Shown here: positions 12,511 through 25,063 of the stretch, in pieces
How positions within the stretch are numbered: the stretch's first letter is position 1
How the letters are laid out: every line of letters begins with the position of its first letter
Assembly (NCBI GenBank): GCA_964016885.1
Contig: OZ024752.1
Span: 29,574,001-29,638,000 of the forward strand
Direction of reading: 5' to 3'
DNA length: 64,000 nt
Source of the DNA: Eledone cirrhosa
Lineage: Eukaryota
The notes under the pieces: generated by a model
Told to the model about the DNA's origin: nothing
Databases searched by the model: none
What the model saw: only the letters and a program-made list of their open reading frames with translations
Program-made: the position numbers and the translations under genes

Positions 12511-12784
12511 ATTAATCTGTATTAATGAAAAATATAACTAGACTGAAAATAAAGTAAAAATAAGAATGATACCCTAAATTTAGGTTTTGCAGAGGAATTA
12601 ATCAGGACAGCGCAATATTTATTCTATTTTAGTGGATCTGTTCTTTGCATAAATTTTCTGAAATTCAGATGTCTAATTCACTAGGATGGGCATACATATT
12701 TGGAATGTTAAACTGAAAGTGGCTGTTAAAAGATTACAGTTAACAAATGTTGTCGATTTGATAAACAATGGGGTTATAATAGCA

Positions 12785-13245
12785 TCCTATTATTGAGGCC
12801 GACCCTTACCTATGGTCATGAATCTTGGGTAATGACTGAAAAAATAGGATCATGAATACAAGCAGCCGAAATGAGGTTCCTCTGAAGTATCTTTGGGGTA
12901 ATGTTACTTGATAGAGTGTGTAGCTCAGAGATCAGAGAGTCACTCCAATTAGAGTCGCTACTTCTCCGAATTGAGAGATCACAGCTCTGATACTATGGGC
13001 CTGTGCTTAGAATGTCTCAGGAAAGAATCGCTGGACAGATTTTATGGGCAAAACCAACCAGCAAGAGACCCAAGAGTAGACCCTGAGCAAGATGGTTCGA
13101 TAACATTCATGAGCTTGGCTGGTCTCGCTTGGGGATCCAGCAGGATCAGGAGATGGTTGCTTCTAACAGGACCTGCTGGAAGGAGTGTTTGAGGGCTCTG
13201 CTCCCATGGCCCTCTCAGGAATAAGTGGGCGAAGAAGAAAGAGAA
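12785..13245 (+). mobile_element. 3' fragment of a second RTE-like LINE family
   Basis: Degenerate translation LRPTLTYGHESWVMTEKIGS*IQAAEMRFL...IERSQL*YYG and a gaagaagaa tail. Confidence 0.75.
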
Positions 13246-13473
13246 TGTGAAAGTGATGAAAGTCAAACAAATAAAGTATCAATTAAGATTCAGGAATGTG
13301 AGGAGTAGATAACTTGATATCATTAAGGAATTAGCCTGGTTATTAGACCATTCCAAAGCCTGGTTATTAGACCATTCCAACTCCTGAAAATTATTATTGT
13401 GTCTTATATGAGTTTTAATGTAGAAATATATAAATGTTTTAGAATGTGTGAGGTGACATCTAAAATGCAATTA

Positions 13474-14078
13474 TACTAGCTGATAGATCAGCAAATATAC
13501 TTCTTTGATACAACTTTTAATTATCTAGTTTTAACATTTCTTTCAATTATCATTAATTAACTTTACTTTCACAATGAAGGAGCTAATTCTAAAGATATTT
13601 TATTGTGAAACATCATATCACTAGAAATGAATGTTGATTGAGTTTGTTTTGACAAATGACGAGTGTAGTGAACTATCATTGCTTATTGCTGTTGAGTCAG
13701 TGCTGTTGTTTAGCCCTTGGTCAGTCTTGACCAATATGTCTATCGAGTTGCTGCTGCTGTTTAGCCCTAGGTCAGCCTTGATCAAGCAAAGTCATTCCAG
13801 CCATGACCAATATGTCTATTGAGTCACTGCCATTGGCCTTGTGCCTAAATCAGCAACCTATGCCAATATGGAAAATGGATATAAAATGATTGTTGTTACA
13901 AAACATGTTCTCTAAGAAATCCCATTTGCACCAATTATTCTGACAATTAACCAAACATTTTGTTCACCATCTTTAATTATTTAGTTATATTGGTTAAATG
14001 AATGGAAATATTGAGATCTATGTTGGCTGTTGAACATAAAATCCACTGATTATTGCTAATTAATTTAACAAAAGCAAT
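13474..14078. repeat. ~605-bp local duplication, copy 1
   Basis: Near-identical to 15299-15912. The ORF track gives the same 63-aa ORF twice. Confidence 0.95.
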
Positions 14079-14429
14079 CACCTAGTAAAAAGATATAGAA
14101 TTTAAACAAACCACTGAGGGTATCTTGACCTGTGAGAAGTAACAACCAAATTTCTCCCAATTCCCACTCTACCTTTATAAATAAAAAGAATACTTTGGAC
14201 AATGTAGTCCATAATATACATAAAAAAAGAAAAAAAAAAAAAGAAAGATAAAGGATGGACATGCCTTTGATCATAGGACTGCTTGATCAGAGTCGACCTG
14301 GGGCTAAACAACAACAAGAAGGGATTTCAACTTATAACAGTAAGATTGAATAACTAGAAAATCTTCTAATAACCGTAAAACCATTCAACTGATTACATTC
14401 TCAGATGAATTATAATTAGAGATTAATAG

Positions 14430-15133
14430 TCTATATATAATATAACAGAGGGATGCTGGCTGGCTGGTTAGTTGGTTGGATCACACGAAAACTACACACA
14501 CACACACATCTAAAGAGAGAGAGAGGCAAAAAGAGATAGATAGGCCGTTATACAGAGAGAGATACAATTAAAGTATTAAATATTCAGAGAGAGAGAGGGA
14601 AAGAGAGAGAGAGTAATGTCCCACAAAAGTCTAGAATCGACTTAAACTATTGATTCTTTGATCTATAGGAAGGTTTAACAATATTGCGTTAGCTTTTATA
14701 AAGTCGTTTTACAGTCTTTGATTTTACAGAACAAAGAAAAATTGATACTACTTGAAATTAATTTATCCTCCAGCTTTTATCCATATACTACTTACAGACC
14801 GTACTAACGAAGCTAAACACTTCAAAAGCAATGTTATGCGGCATATTGCTGTGTTTCAGATGACGTCCTTTGGAGGAGAAAAAGATCACACTGAATATGG
14901 TTATTTGACAACATTTAAAATCCAAGACCAATGCTACCATTTAATCAGCAGTTTACTCCCCCAGCCTAATAAAGGAAGTTTTATGATTGTTTTTTTTTAT
15001 GTCTCTCTCGCTCTCTCACACACACACATTACTGTCTCACCTGATACTAGACAACACCTGCAATACAGTCGTTTTCTCTTTTATCTGTCATCTCTTAACT
15101 ATTCTCCTGGGTGAAGCTGGGTACCTCAGCTAA
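14430..15133 (+). mobile_element. Non-autonomous Helitron with an internal RepHel-derived fragment
   Basis: 5' TC start (tctatatataatataac), peptide FQMTSFGG...TTFKIQDQCYHLISSLLP typical of the Helitron N-terminal region, 3' hairpin cctgggtgaagctggg followed by cagctaat (CTAG variant). Confidence 0.8.
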
Positions 15134-15266
15134 TACTTTATAATCAGAAAGAACTATTTATCACATTTACTAAGTGTTTTGTGGACTGATTGGAGCAATA
15201 ACTGTCTTATTTACATGTATATTACTGCAGCAATAACTGTCTTATTCCTGTATATATTATTGAAGC

Positions 15267-16020
15267 AATAATTGTTTCTACTTTTGGCACAAGGCTGGTA
15301 CTAGCTGATAGATCAGCAAATATACTTCTTTGATACAACTTTTAATTATCTAGTTTTAACATTTCTTTCAATTATCATTAATTAACTTTACTTTCACAAC
15401 GAAGGAGCTAATTCTAAAGATATTTTATTGTGAAACATCATATCACTAGAAATGAATGTTGATTGAGTTTGTTTTGACAAATGACGAGTGTAGTGAACTA
15501 TCATTGCTTATTGCTGTTGAGTCACTGCTGTTGTTTAGCCCTTGGTCAGTCTTGACCAATATGTCTATCGAGTTGCTGCTGCTGTTTAGCCCTAGGTCAG
15601 CCTTGATCAAGCAAAGTCATTCCAGCCATGACCAATATGTCTATTAAGTCACTGCCATTGGCCTTGTGCCTAAATCAGCAACCTATGCCAATATGGAAAA
15701 TGGATATAAAATGATTGTTGTTGTTGTTGTTACAAAACATGTTCTCTAAGAAATCCCATTTGCACCAATTATTCTGACAATTAACCAAACATTTTGTTCA
15801 CCATCTTTAATTATTTAGTTATATTGGTTAAATGAATGGAAATATTGAGATCTATGTTGGCTGTTGAACATAAAATCCACTGATTATTGCTAATTAATTT
15901 AACAAAAGCAATTACTGGTACTTTATTTTATTGACCCCCGTAAGGATGAAAGGCAAAGTTAATCTCTGCGGGATTTGAACTCAGAATGGCAAGGGCCGTA
16001 ACTCTATGCATCAAAACATG
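15267..16020 (-). mobile_element. SINE family A split by the duplicated 600-bp segment
   Basis: Tail aataattgtttctacttttggcacaagg at about 15267-15295. The body resumes gcaattactggtactttatt at about 15908. Confidence 0.85.
15299..15912. repeat. ~614-bp local duplication, copy 2
   Basis: Matches 13474-14078 with a few substitutions and a longer (ttg)n. Confidence 0.95.
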
Positions 16021-16108
16021 GGAATGGTCTTATTATGTATATATATTTTCTTATCAAGTGTTTTTCAATAGTTAAGGGAAAGTTGAATGAGAAGTAGAGG
16101 CAATACAT

Positions 16109-16343
16109 TTAACCCTTTAGTTAACAACCTGGCCAAAATTGGCTCTGGTTCTATAAAATAAAGTCACCAATTTTAAAGGTTTCTAATTTAAAAAAAATAT
16201 TCCAACATAATTTTATATAAGAACTTTACATTAAGATACTATCTTAGTAAGGAAATAATTAATAATTCTAGTAACTCCCTCAAAATTCTTCATTAATTAA
16301 AATAGAGTGTATTTCATTAGAAATATGGTCATGAAAGGGTTAA
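16109..16343. mobile_element. TTAA-flanked piggyBac-like MITE
   Basis: ttaaccctttag ... gaaagggttaa termini. Confidence 0.6.
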
Positions 16344-16869
16344 GTATTTTACTAAGCACTTAATATCAATATTCACGACAACAAACAGGTGAGAAGAGAT
16401 GAATGTTAAGTAGAAGAAATAAGAAAGATGAGTAGCCATCATATTCTTTCACCTTTATATATCATATTCTGTGTTTTTTTTTCTATTTGAGACAGAAACC
16501 CCATAATCTCTTACAAGAGAATGCTAATATTGATTTCTGTTCCATAATTTTTCTATTCAGCAAATTATTAATGTAGTCAGTAGATTTATGTAACAAACCA
16601 AATATTTGGTTTCTGAAGCTAAACAAAAAAAAAAAAAAAAATGGTTGTGTGGAAGATACATCATCTCTTTATTATAATTACTACTATTTTATTTATCTAA
16701 ATAATTTATATTTAAAAGACTTAGCAGGAATAAAACTTTTATGAACCTTTCTTATAGAAAATTAGACAGGAATAATATGAAATAACAGCTGTCATGACTG
16801 TCTTTTGTTACCAAAACTTACATTGTAACATTGTTGAAAGTTCAATAATTATTGGTAAAATATTGACAT

Positions 16870-17060
16870 TAGAAGAAATCTCCCTCACCATCCTCTGGGG
16901 AAATACCTTCTCTATTCTGTCTGCTGGGGCCGACGAGCAGCCAGTGCATGGGATCCCATTTGATCATAGTAGTAAGAGATGAGGAGGGTGAGAGAGATGG
17001 AAGTGATGACAGTGGGAGTTCAGCTCCTCTGTGTGCATGTTTACTTCTATTCATTCGATA
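16870..17060. repeat. Unclassified dispersed repeat, related copy at about 43950-44100
   Basis: Shared ccatcctctggggaaa...gggatcccatttg...gagagagatgg. Confidence 0.7.
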
Positions 17061-17243
17061 TTATATGAGGACTTCAACATTTACCTTTTCCTCACCATCA
17101 ACCTCAACAACATACAACATACACAGAGAAGACAAAATTACATACATACCACACACACAGAAAACAAAGTTACATACATACCATACACACACAGAGAAGA
17201 CAGTTACATACAAACTACAAAACACACATACACAGAAGACATA

Positions 17244-17465
17244 CTAAACAGTGTCCCCATGTACATGGCTTCTCCGATGATTTCCAAAGCCTGTCTTACT
17301 TAGACACAACCAGCCACATTCTTTACAGATTAAATCAACCTGCATGCCAAGATATTCAGGTAAATTAAACTGAAGGTTCTTATGAGCACACCACTTCAGC
17401 TGTTCATGCTCAACAGGGTTTCTTTGAAATTCTCCCTTCTCATCATGCACTGCCTTCCCCCAGGA
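17244..17465 (-). mobile_element. 3' end of an RTE/BovB-like LINE with C-terminal C2H2 finger
   Basis: LICKECGWLCLSKTGFGNHRRSH followed by a microsatellite-like tail. Confidence 0.7.
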
Positions 17466-17889
17466 AGAAATAGTATTAACACATTCTACACAGAGTAGGA
17501 AGGATAAGGAAATAACTAAATTTGATTTTTGCCTCTCAGATTTAGTGTAATACCATGAAAATAATAAAAAAGTTCTGATACAAGGAATTATTGGTTGTAT
17601 ATAATATGTACAGAATAATTATTCTATATCTTTCAATAATAACTTATGGCTAGGTTCAGAAACCCCTTTTTGTGAAGGATAATATATAATTAAGGACCTT
17701 TACTGTCTCAAATACTAAGCCAAGTGTAAAATCCTGAACTAGATACGAACATAACTTGCAATTCAGTTAGGGTTAGTGTTACATTTAATACCTAAATATC
17801 ACTGATAATATTCATTCCCGCCAACACCACCCTTTCTATATAAAGTTATGTTGGTACCACAACATCCAGTCCAAACTAATGAGATTGTG

Positions 17890-18140
17890 TAGGTGTCACG
17901 ACAAAAAAAAAACACACAGTCCACGGTGTAATGTGGTCGTGTAGGTAACACGGTAAAAAGTTCCCAGTCCACACTGTAAATGTGGTTGGTGTTAGGAAGG
18001 GCATCCAGCCGTAGAAAACCTGCCAGATAGTCCTATACGAGTGAGAGACGGTCATCCAACCAATCTTGCCTCAAGTGGGACAACTCCCATCTAACCCATG
18101 CTAGCGTGGAAGATAGACGTTAAACGATGATGATGATGAA
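17890..18140 (+). mobile_element. 5'-truncated SINE with RTE-type (GAT)n tail (family C variant)
   Basis: ggtgttaggaagggcatccagccgtagaaa ... ccatgctagcgtggaagatagacgttaaacgatgatg. Confidence 0.8.
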
Positions 18141-18459
18141 TATCACATCTGTAGTTTATAGAAACAAGGGTGTTGGAAAAGAAATACATAATTGCATTTA
18201 GTTTTTTCAGCCTTCTACAGTCACATTGCATGTCCTGAATGAACCAGCTTTGTTTTTCATCCTCTTGGAGCTTAATAAATATCAGTTTTATACTATTGGT
18301 TTAAATATCAGTATAAATATTTTTTTAATATTATTTTTTTTATATAACTGTTTTAGTTACTATATATATGCCAACACAAGAACAACCGGGTCATTCTACT
18401 GACATAGCTTTAAAGAGGCTGTTTGCATAATTGCAAATGAATCGAATATTATTATTTAC

Positions 18460-18885
18460 TGGATTGGCAGTATCGGTAGAGGCGTCGGATGCCATGCTTT
18501 GACACATAGAGTTACGGCCCTTGCCATTCTGAGTTCAAATCCCGACGAAGTTAACTTTGCCTTTCATCCTTACGGGGTCGATAAAATAAAGTACCAGTAA
18601 TGTACTGAATAATTACTGGCCTTGTGCCAAAAGTAGAGACAATTATTTACATTCGAAAAACTCAGATTACATTTATTATTATTATTGTGGATTGGCAGTA
18701 TTGGTAGAGGGTCGGACACCATGCTTTCCAGCATAGTTACGTCCCTTTATGATCTGAGTTCAAATCCCGCCGAGGTTGACTTTGTCTTTCATCCTTACGG
18801 GGTCGATAAAATAAAGTACCAGTAATGCACTGGTAATTGCTGGCCTTGTGCCTAAAGTAGAAACAATTATTATTATTATTATTAT
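18460..18885 (+). mobile_element. Two tandem SINE family A copies
   Basis: Copies at about 18460-18645 and 18687-18866, each with a B-box and an att tail. Confidence 0.9.
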
Positions 18886-19440
18886 AGTTGCATTTATCTT
18901 GCTTTATGTTCATACGAGTTATCACCAAGTCACAACCAGTGACCTCAAGAGACAACAAGGTCCGCCATGTTCAAGAAAGAACATACATACACACACATGC
19001 ATCTTTAGGTGTTTAGACTTGTGATGTACTTATATTGACAGAATCTTCCTTAGTATATGGGCAGTTCCCATTAGCACTATCTTTTGTATTTCTCCTATAC
19101 GTGGGTTTCCTGGGATTTGCGATAAGTAATCATTAGACCCCTTAGGTATCATTCCTAGAGCGCCTACAACCACTGGTATTGTTTTAGTTCTCAATTTCCA
19201 CATTTTTCCAATTTCTATCTCCAGGTTCTTATACTTGCTCAATTTTTCAAATGTTTTTATAGATACATTCTTGTCTATTGGAACGGACATATCAATTAGC
19301 AGGCATACCCTCTTTTTAATGTCCCTCAGTATTATATCAGGTCGATTTGCATCTATTTTTCAGTCTGTTTGGATGCTAAAGTTCCACAAGATTGAGATGT
19401 GATCTTTTTCAAGTATGGGAGGTGGTTGATGCTCCCACCA
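18886..19440 (-). mobile_element. 5'-truncated R4/Dong-clade retrotransposon (restriction-like endonuclease C-terminus plus 3' UTR)
   Basis: WEHQPPPILEK..ILWNF..NRPDIILRD..CLLIDMSVP..EKLSKYKNL..IPVVVGALG..LMGTAHILRKIL. Both ends abut (TAA)n-type sequence. Confidence 0.88.
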
Positions 19441-19487
19441 ATTCTATTATTATTATAATAATAATATATATATATATGTATTATAAG

Positions 19488-19816
19488 TGAAGGCACATGG
19501 CTTAGTGGTTAGAGCATTGGGCTTGCAATCGAAAGGTTGTGAGTTCAATTCTCAGACCGGGTGATGTGTTGTTTCCTTGGACTGAGGTCCCTATCATCCC
19601 ACTGCAAAGTGGTTGTGGAGGTGCCACGGTAAAAAAGCACCCAGCTCACACTGTAAAGTGGACGTGTAGGCGCCATGGAAAAAAAGCACCCAGCACTCAC
19701 TGTAAATGAAGTTGGTGTTAGGAAGGGCATCCAGCTGTAGAAATCAAACCAGAATCAGTTCCCGTCCCACCCTTGAAAGCAGGGAAAAGTGGACGGATGA
19801 TGATGATGATGATGAT
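19488..19816 (+). mobile_element. SINE family C (tRNA head, CORE-like middle, RTE-derived tail)
   Basis: A-box tggcttagtgg, B-box gagttcaattc, tail cccttgaaagcagggaaaagtggacggatgatg. Copies at 26620-27118, 35025-35290 and 39475-39812. Confidence 0.88.
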
Positions 19817-20041
19817 ATATATATATATATATATATACAGGGACCATGAAGCTATAAAAAGAGGCATGCATGAGCAAAAACACATACACAAAAACATGCT
19901 TCAAATCATTCTTCGAGAAAACTTTGTTTACAATGTGAATCAAGGCCCTTTGACCTGATCTCTCACAAAGGAACTGCCCTACCCACACTAGTGTGGAAAA
20001 TGGACGTTAAATGATGATGATGATAATGGAGATATATATAT

Positions 20042-20167
20042 ATATTTATTAAAATAACAGATTAAAGTTTAAGCAAAGAATCGCTGCTTTCACCCTTAAC
20101 GGGATCGTCTTAAGGGTGAAAGCAGCGATTCTTTGCTTAAACTTTAATCTGTTATTTTAATAAATAT
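20042..20167. repeat. Perfect 58-bp inverted repeat with a 10-nt spacer (Penelope-type inverted terminus)
   Basis: Arms 20042-20099 and 20110-20167 are exact reverse complements, adjacent to (TA)n. Confidence 0.9.
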
Positions 20168-20262
20168 TTGCTCTAGGATTCTTATATATTTGATATATAT
20201 TTACCCTTATCAAGCCCTCTTTGGATTTTAGTCTTCAAATTTATTATTATCTTGGGTACACA

Positions 20263-21028
20263 AGAGATGTAGTGGGATAGCAGGCAAACTAACAGGTAGG
20301 GAGAAATACGTATGCAGTAGATGTACAGGGAAATTTGACAGTAGGAGTCGCAGTGATAGACACATTTTTCAAATGCCGGCGGGTGCTATAGAAGTGGTTG
20401 ATAGCTTCCGGTACCTAAGTGATCAGATTAACATGGGAGGTTGGGGGTGATCCGAGGCCATAGTATCTAGAATAAGGACGGGTTGGAAGAAGTTTAGGGA
20501 GCTGTTTCCTCTGTTGACAAAGAAGGGTTTCTCCTTGCGTACGAAAGGCCGGTTATATGATGCCTGTGTGAGATGCACGATGCTGCATGGTAGTGAGACA
20601 TGGGCAGCAACTGCAGAGGATATGCGACGGCTGGAGAGAAATGAGGCAAGCATGCTCTATTGGATGTGTAATGTCAATGTGCGTGAACGACCAAGCATAG
20701 ATGAGTTGAGAGAGAAACTGGGTATAAGAGGGATAAGTTGTGTGCAGGAGAGAAGACTGCGATGGTATGGACATGTGATGTTCATGGAGGATGACCGCTG
20801 GGTAAAGAAGTGCCAAGAAATCTTAGTAGAAGGAAGACGCAATAGGGGAAGACCACGAAAAACATGGGCGGAGGTGGTGAGAGCAGACCTCTGATCACTG
20901 AAGCTCACAGAGGAAATGCTGAAGGACCATGACAAGTGGAGAGATGCTGTTCTGAATAGGACCCGTTTCACCCTTGCAAGCAGGAAAAAGGGGACGTAAA
21001 ATGATGATGATGATGATGATGATGATGA
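20263..21028 (+). mobile_element. 5'-truncated RTE LINE 3' end, same family as 8274-10234
   Basis: WVHKRCSGI...KGFSLRTKGRLYDACV..MLHGSETW..RRLRWYGHV..RGRPRKTW and a (GAT)n tail. Confidence 0.92.
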
Positions 21029-21599
21029 TATATATAAATATATATATATATATATATTTATATTATATATTAAAAGTGTTGAAATACTAACACCACCTCA
21101 CTATCTCTTTTTTGTAGAAAGCATTTTTCATTGGTAGAATATAGGATGGAATATTCTGTGGTATTTGGCTACATTTTTTTACATTTACGAGTCTAAATTC
21201 TCTACTGGTTTATTGCCTTTTATCTTTCTGAGATCAATAATATACACCATTGAAGCTGGTGCCTGAGCATTTCTTTGGCAGATCAATGACTGAAACTAAT
21301 AAAATAACAAAAGAATATCTATTAAATATCTATTAGTAATTCCTATGTTCTTCCCATTCCCCAGGTTTTTGACAACACCTTTTGTTTTGTAAATTTTGTT
21401 TCATTATTCGGCAAATCCAAGGAATATTTTAAATGAGATTTTCCAGTTGCAAAGACTTGTAGTTATTCCTCACTATTATTGTGACATCTTTATCTGGTGC
21501 TATCAACAACATGGTTTATCTTATTCACCACAATCCATATATCTGTTTTTGTGATGGCTGAAGTGGTTCACACAGCTTCTTTTTTCTTATTAAGCTCTA

Positions 21600-22082
21600 A
21601 TTTATTTGACTGAATGGAAAAATGGGATAAAAACTGTACAATAAATATAGCAAAGAAAGAAAAAGAAGAAAAAGTGAAAACAAAGAAAGAAAAGAAGAAA
21701 AAAGAGAAAAATAAAAATAAAAGAAAAAGAGGAAACAAAGAAAGAAAAGAAGAAAAAGAGAAAAAGAGAGAAAAAGAGTAAAAAAGAGAAAAAAGAAAAA
21801 GAAAAAAAAAGAATGAAGCAACGAGGGAAAGAGGGAGGTGGTGAGAGTGACAGACTCTACACCTCAGTCTGAGCTGTGTTTCAGCTACATCCCATGGACA
21901 AAACGGCAAAAATATTGCCAGAGAATGGCCAGTAACACCTGCTGCAACAGCCACCCCAGCTCATTAGGTTTTTTCCTCTGTTGGGTTGACTTCTGAATTT
22001 TGCTAAGGAAATCAGCATTGTGGGGACTGAGAACACCTGAAGTCTTGATGGTGACTGGTACAAAAAAGATGCAGCCAGTCAA
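21600..22082 (-). mobile_element. 3' fragment of an RLE-type (CRE-like) non-LTR retrotransposon with a pyrimidine-rich tail
   Basis: FVPVTIKTSGVLSPHNADFLSKI...ELGWLLQQVLLAIL..GN resembles the F.P.A.ET.G...FL...QR.S.A.QRGN motif of RLE C-termini. Confidence 0.6.
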
Positions 22083-23841
22083 GCCCTAATATCAAGTTAT
22101 CTTTCTCTCCTCTAATTTGAGGGTGGCAGTGCCCTGGTTTGCAGCTCAATTAACAAGGCTGGAGTGTATTTATTATTTCATCAATGTTAAAGAGGTTTGC
22201 ATGTCCTTGATGCAACTAATGAGTCTTTTGGGCTCTATTTTAGCATGGCTTCTACAGCTGGATGTCCTTTCCTATAACCAACCCTCTTACACTAGAGAGG
22301 TTGTGCTGTTGACATAACAGAAGCATCCAATATTCGAACAGCAACCGATATCAGGATGAAGATATGGCTGAGAGACTTGTTGCAGAAATAGCCTGCAGGC
22401 TAGCTAGTCAGCTACCACTGACATTAAGATTGTCACATAGGAGGAGGGAAAACAATGATAAGCCCAAGGTTAGAAACTTAACTCATAGAAGAACATTTGA
22501 TCCTTTTTTGACATAGGAAAGGTATCTAACTGTAGAAACTATCACCAACCCCCTTACACTGAGTAAGGACAATAAATATCAAATGTTTACAAAAGCAAAA
22601 CCTATATTAATAATGTTCAAAATAATTTCCAATCACATTAATACATTGTTGTTCATACTTCTTCAATAATGACACCAATAGCTAATATCATTTGAAGTGT
22701 CAGTAAAAACAATAAAGTTTCACTGCTAACATCACAAGATTCTGAATGACTCAGATGCAGTTTAGACAGAAATATTCTCCAAATTCAGTCATCCATGACA
22801 TTAAGGTGAAGCTAGAGTTGACTCAATAGTCATGACATCGAATAAATTATGACAGGTTATTTTTTAACTAATCCACAGTACCTGTAGTGGTGTGTGATTT
22901 GTTATATATATTGTAGCTATAGCGAATGTTGTATAACTTACATCTGGAAACATAAAAGGAAATATCTCTTCACAGAAAACATGTTCAATGATCTTTTCTT
23001 TTCATATTGTTCATTTTTATATGGTCCTAGACAAAAGCTTGGTTTTCAAAGAAAAACGAATGTTTTTTTTTTCATGCTCAAAACAAGTTTATTTTACTTT
23101 GCTAGGAAATGACACTATAGAAGGCTGTTAGATGGTTCTCTTCTGTAGAAGATAGCAAAGATGACACATTTCTGTTTTGAAGATAGCAAAGATGACAAAT
23201 TTCTGTTTTGAAGTTTACACATTTAAGGTTTAAATTTCATCTGTTTAATTGTATTTTGAATAATTAAAAAAACAAAACAAAACAAATTAACTGCTATAAA
23301 TTTCCAATTTCAAATTTATTTTAAAATGTTTCTGCCTTCAACTTTTGTAATTTTAAGTGAGTGATAGTCAACTTGTGACACCTAACATTTTGATGACATT
23401 TCAAACAGGATTTCTTAACGATTTCTTAATGATTAAAGATATTTCCTTTAATAGTCCAGTTTGATCTCTGATCTGATATTGATCTAATATTGGAGTAGAG
23501 AAAGTGATTGAAATTCCCACTTTTTTTAGAGGCATCCTATAGAAGTAAATATTTGCTATTTTCTAGAGTTTTGCCTGCCCATACTTCAGGAATTCCATCT
23601 GATGAGCAAGAATTGGTGTAATTTGGTTAAGTTAATGTAGTTAAATTTATATTTGACATTTTTTGAGAATACACACATAAAAAAATAGTTAGGGTTAAAT
23701 GGATGTAGTTTAGTTATAACAGGTTGCACATATTCATGTTTTAGAATGGGTTGAAAGAAAGAAAACAAAAAAAGACTGTTTTACCCATCATTTTTCGACC
23801 ATTTACACCCTATGTCAATACCAACACCAATAAAATTACAA

Positions 23842-24037
23842 TTAACCCATTAGCATTTAAACTGGCCATATCCGGCCAGAATTCTCTCACCTCTAACCAG
23901 CTGCTCATACTTATGTTAAGGTATTGTTCTTAAAATAAATAACATCAAAATCTCATAGATTCAATATTATGTGAGATAAAGCCTTTACTGTGAAAATATA
24001 ATAGTAAATATAGAGTAATGTAAATGCTAAAGGGTTG
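23842..24037. mobile_element. piggyBac-like MITE family (TTAA-CCC..GGG-TTAA)
   Basis: ttaacccattagcatttaaa ... taaatgctaaagggtt. Copies at 43556-44290, 54747-54962 and 59038-59219. Confidence 0.8.
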
Positions 24038-24211
24038 AGAAAGTTCTTCAGAGTTGAAAGAAAATGGAACTTGCTTTCTCATGTTTAAAAGTAGATGACT
24101 TAAACAAATACGTCCATGAATTTTCAGTTAGCTTACTAAAAATTAATTTCAAGTATTCATGCCTGATATTTCCTTTCAATAAAGTATCAACAATTTTCCC
24201 AGGAAAATAAC

Positions 24212-24270
<59 letters not shown>

Positions 24271-24574
24271 TATTAATGTAGAGAAATAATAGAATTAGGT
24301 TGAATTAATATTTCTGAATTATTTGAATATGAAAACAGATGAAGAAATAAGAACTATTAGCAATTCAATAACATAGGACAATATTATTAAAAATAACCCA
24401 AATAACAGCCAACTTGAATGTCTTGGATCAGTTTCATGATTATAAAGGAATTAACACTTGATATAAATTAAAACAAATTACATTTACTAAAGTCAGATTT
24501 CCTCTCACTAAGGGTTCTAAATTGTTCTCAAACGAAACAGAAAATGATAATGATGATGTCGATGATGATGATTA

Positions 24575-24915
24575 ATAATAATTTTTAATTTACGCACAAG
24601 GTCAGCAATTTATGGAGAGGAGGAAGTTGATTTTATCAACTCTAGTACTTTAATGGTACTTTAATAATAATAATAATGGTTTCTGATTTAGGCACAAGGC
24701 CAGCAATTTGTGGGGAAGGGGAAGTTGATTTTATCAACCCCAGTGCATTACTGGTACTTTATTTTATCAACCCAGTGCATTATTGGTTCTTTATTTTATC
24801 GACCTCGTAAAGATAAAAGGCAAAGCTAACCTTGGTGAAATTTGAACTCAGACTGTAAAGGGCCATAACTCTATGCTGCAAAGCATTGTGTCCGATGCTC
24901 TACTGATACTACCAT
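24575..24915 (-). mobile_element. SINE family A subfamily with a duplicated 3' part
   Basis: Repeated gcacaagg..cagcaattt..ggaagttgattttatcaac tail, then the central domain and B-box. Confidence 0.8.
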
Positions 24916-25014
24916 AATAATAATAATAATAATAATAATAAAAGAATGATTTCTTTATTAACCACAATGGACTAATATGAAGAAAACATTAAGAACAACT
25001 CAGGTCAAAACACT

Positions 25015-25025
25015 GAGTGTGTGTG

Positions 25026-25063
<38 letters not shown>

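Noticed and set aside
19488-19565. tRNA gene
   Set aside because: A and B boxes are present but continue into a SINE body and tail. No complete cloverleaf, and the same holds for the other SINE heads.
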